Below, in pieces: positions 61,704 through 64,000 of a stretch of 64,000 nt of DNA. Below the pieces are notes generated by a model. The model had not been told where the DNA came from. It saw only the letters and a list, made by a program, of their open reading frames with translations, and did no database searches. The translations under genes were made by a program, and so were the position numbers. Origin of the DNA: Azolla caroliniana. Its lineage: Eukaryota > Plantae > Polypodiophyta. The stretch's first letter is position 1. Every line of letters begins with the position of its first letter. Location of the stretch: assembly GCA_043228905.1 (NCBI GenBank), contig JBHGNT010000021.1, forward strand, positions 2,666,001 through 2,730,000, written 5' to 3'.

Positions 61704-62749
61704 CATGGATCTACTCATACACTCTTGTTATTGATAAATTGGTTAAAATCTTTTGATGGATCAATTTATTTAGGTTTTCCATGGAAACTTGTGGAATCTG
61801 AAATCGAGTTTGATGGTATCTACATCATCTAAGATGTGGCAATTCTATTGGATTGAAAAGAAAGAACCCAAGATTGAGTGATATGGGTAATCTAAACATA
61901 CAAAATAGATGAATTAAACATATTTTTTGGGTGTCATAAAAGTTTTGGTTTGTCTATTGCATGTAATATCTTCGTTATAAGGTATCTTTAAAACAACATA
62001 GGACACCATTGCTCTTTAGTAGTTTTAAGAACCATTTCAAATTACAAAACATGGATCTACTCATACACTCTTGTTATTGATAAATTGGTTAAAATCTTTT
62101 GATGGATCAATTTATTTAGGTTTTCCCATGGAAACTTGTGGAATCTTAAATCGAATTTGATGGTATCCACATCATCTAAGATGTGGCAACTCTATTGGAT
62201 TGAAAAGAAAGAACCCAAGAATGAATGATATGGGTAATCTAAACATACAAAATAGATGAACTTAAACATATTTTTTGGGTGTCATAAAAGTTATGGTTTG
62301 TCTATTGTATGCAATATCTTCGTTATAAGGTATCGTTAAAACAACATAGGACACCATTGCTCTTTAGTAGTTTTAAGAACCATTTCAAATTACAAAACAT
62401 GGATCTACTCATACACTCTTGTTATTGATAAATTGGTTAAAATCTTTTGATGGATCAATTTATTTAGGTTTTCCATGGAAACTTGTGGAATCTGAAATCG
62501 AATTTGATGGTATCTACATCATCTAAGATGTGGCAACTCTATTGGATTGAAAAGAAAGAACCCAAGAATGAGTGATATGGGTAATCTAAACATACAAAAT
62601 AGATGAACTTAAACATATTTTTTGGGTGTCATAAAAGTTCTAGTTTGTCTATTGTATGCAATATCTTCGTTATAAGGTATCTTTAAAACAACATAGAACA
62701 CCATTGCTCTTTAGTAGTTTTAAGAACCATTTCAAATTACAAAACATGG
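61704..62749. repeat. Tandem triplication, ~347 bp x3
   Basis: catggatctactcatacac starts at 61704, 62050 and 62398; the array ends with CATGG at 62745-62749. Confidence 0.92.
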
Positions 62750-63764
62750 TTTGTAGAACCTAGAGGGCTAGTTATTACATTTGATGATGACATAATATAT
62801 GTACACACATTTTTAGTAAAGTACTCTATTTTTGTCAGGTTTTATAATGAGGGGTCACAATCATAATGGTAACTTCTAAGTATTGACCCAATAATGCATG
62901 AAATGTGGTTGGAATATCAATAGAGACATAACACACAAAATGAGATCGTAACAGATAAAACCTAAATAATTGATATAATGCACAAGATGATATCCCAATA
63001 TAATTGTTGATAGCAAATAGTCTATAGTAAGGAATATTAAAAAGGCCAAAAATGTAATTACTACATAAAAGGGGTTGTATATAGGCCAAAATGTGACTAA
63101 AGGGTTTGTGCCACCAACATCACAATTTTATTTCCAGTTGTCTATGCTCTAGGTTTGTTGTGTGTGTTCTCGATAGGTTTTAAACAAGTTATTCAACCAC
63201 TACATCTCCACTTTCAACAATGGTATCATCACAACAAAAGCATGTAATCAAGGCAACCAAGAGATTGTAGATGCATTTTTCCTTCTCTATGTATGCTACA
63301 TGTGAACAGACAGGTAGACACGAAGGTAGTGCCATCATATGCAAACACGTGAGACAATATTCACTATAGTCTTGTTGTTGCAAGAACTCTTTAGCCATAG
63401 TCACCATGTCTCATAGAGATATCTCTCTTGATTCTCAAACATCTAGTAATTAATACATATCAACCTGTCTTACTTCTAGATTACACAAAAAATGAGTGTA
63501 CATGTATGTGTACTACACTGTGACATAAAAGTTGCATGCCTAATCACCCGGAGGTTGTGAAATGAAAGTTACATGTTTTTTGCCCTTCATTAATTATGGG
63601 TTGGCAAAGAAAGAGTTGTTGTTTTTTGGGGGCATATGTAGTTTAATCCACTAGTGTTTATTGTGCTTAAGGTTAGCTAGTGAGTAGTGCCTCGATTGCT
63701 ATTAGGATGATGGCTTTTGAAATGACTCTTTTAGTTCCAATAGGAATTAATCGATGATTGAGAA

Positions 63765-64000
63765 GGACCACATTGAAATCCATGGGTTTGACAAATCTAA
63801 GTTTGCCTTGTGGAAGAATAAAATGAGAGATGTACTGATTTAGATAAGGCAATTAAGGTCATTGACTTGTGAAGCCAAGAAACTTGTAGGCATGATCAAT
63901 GATGATTGGGAATAGCTCGATCTCTTGGAATATCTACCATAACATTGTGCATTTAGCAAATAATGTATATTTCACGGAATTGGAATGTGACTCGGTCGAA
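63765..64000 (+). mobile_element. Degenerate Ty1/copia gag start (continues beyond the window)
   Basis: IEIHGFDKSKFALWKNKMRDVLI*...DDWE*LD...HLANNVYF matches the copia gag N-terminus (FDGxNFxLWKxxMxxxL). Confidence 0.7.

Noticed and set aside
61704-62749. CRISPR-like array
   Set aside because: Whole ~347 bp units repeat with no unique spacers, there are no cas genes, and the context is eukaryotic.

Overview
Eukaryotic, TE-rich land-plant DNA; long introns and the TE families suggest a fern, but that is inference. Two host genes are present: an 8-exon auxilin-like J-domain gene (minus strand, 9132-19877, with one in-frame TAA) and a 2-exon ZAR1-like LRR-III receptor kinase (plus strand, 55381-60831). 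The rest is mostly retroelements: L1 and RTE-like LINEs, Copia remnants and a four-layer nest of LTR elements (about 20.3-38.2 kb) resolved by LTR pairs and target-site duplications. The most unusual object is the young Ty3/gypsy element at 26853-36645. It has a normal tRNA-Arg-type PBS next to its 5' LTR. At the position where a polypurine tract should be, it instead has a second, oppositely oriented tRNA-3'-end motif 2 nt from the LTR, which suggests both DNA strands could be tRNA-primed. It also carries an extra, reconstructed ~919-codon coiled-coil ORF after pol. A small element with two convergent tRNA-like heads occurs twice, next to (GA)n tracts. tRNA assignments come from recalled plant tRNA 3' ends and need a database check; divergence counts are manual.
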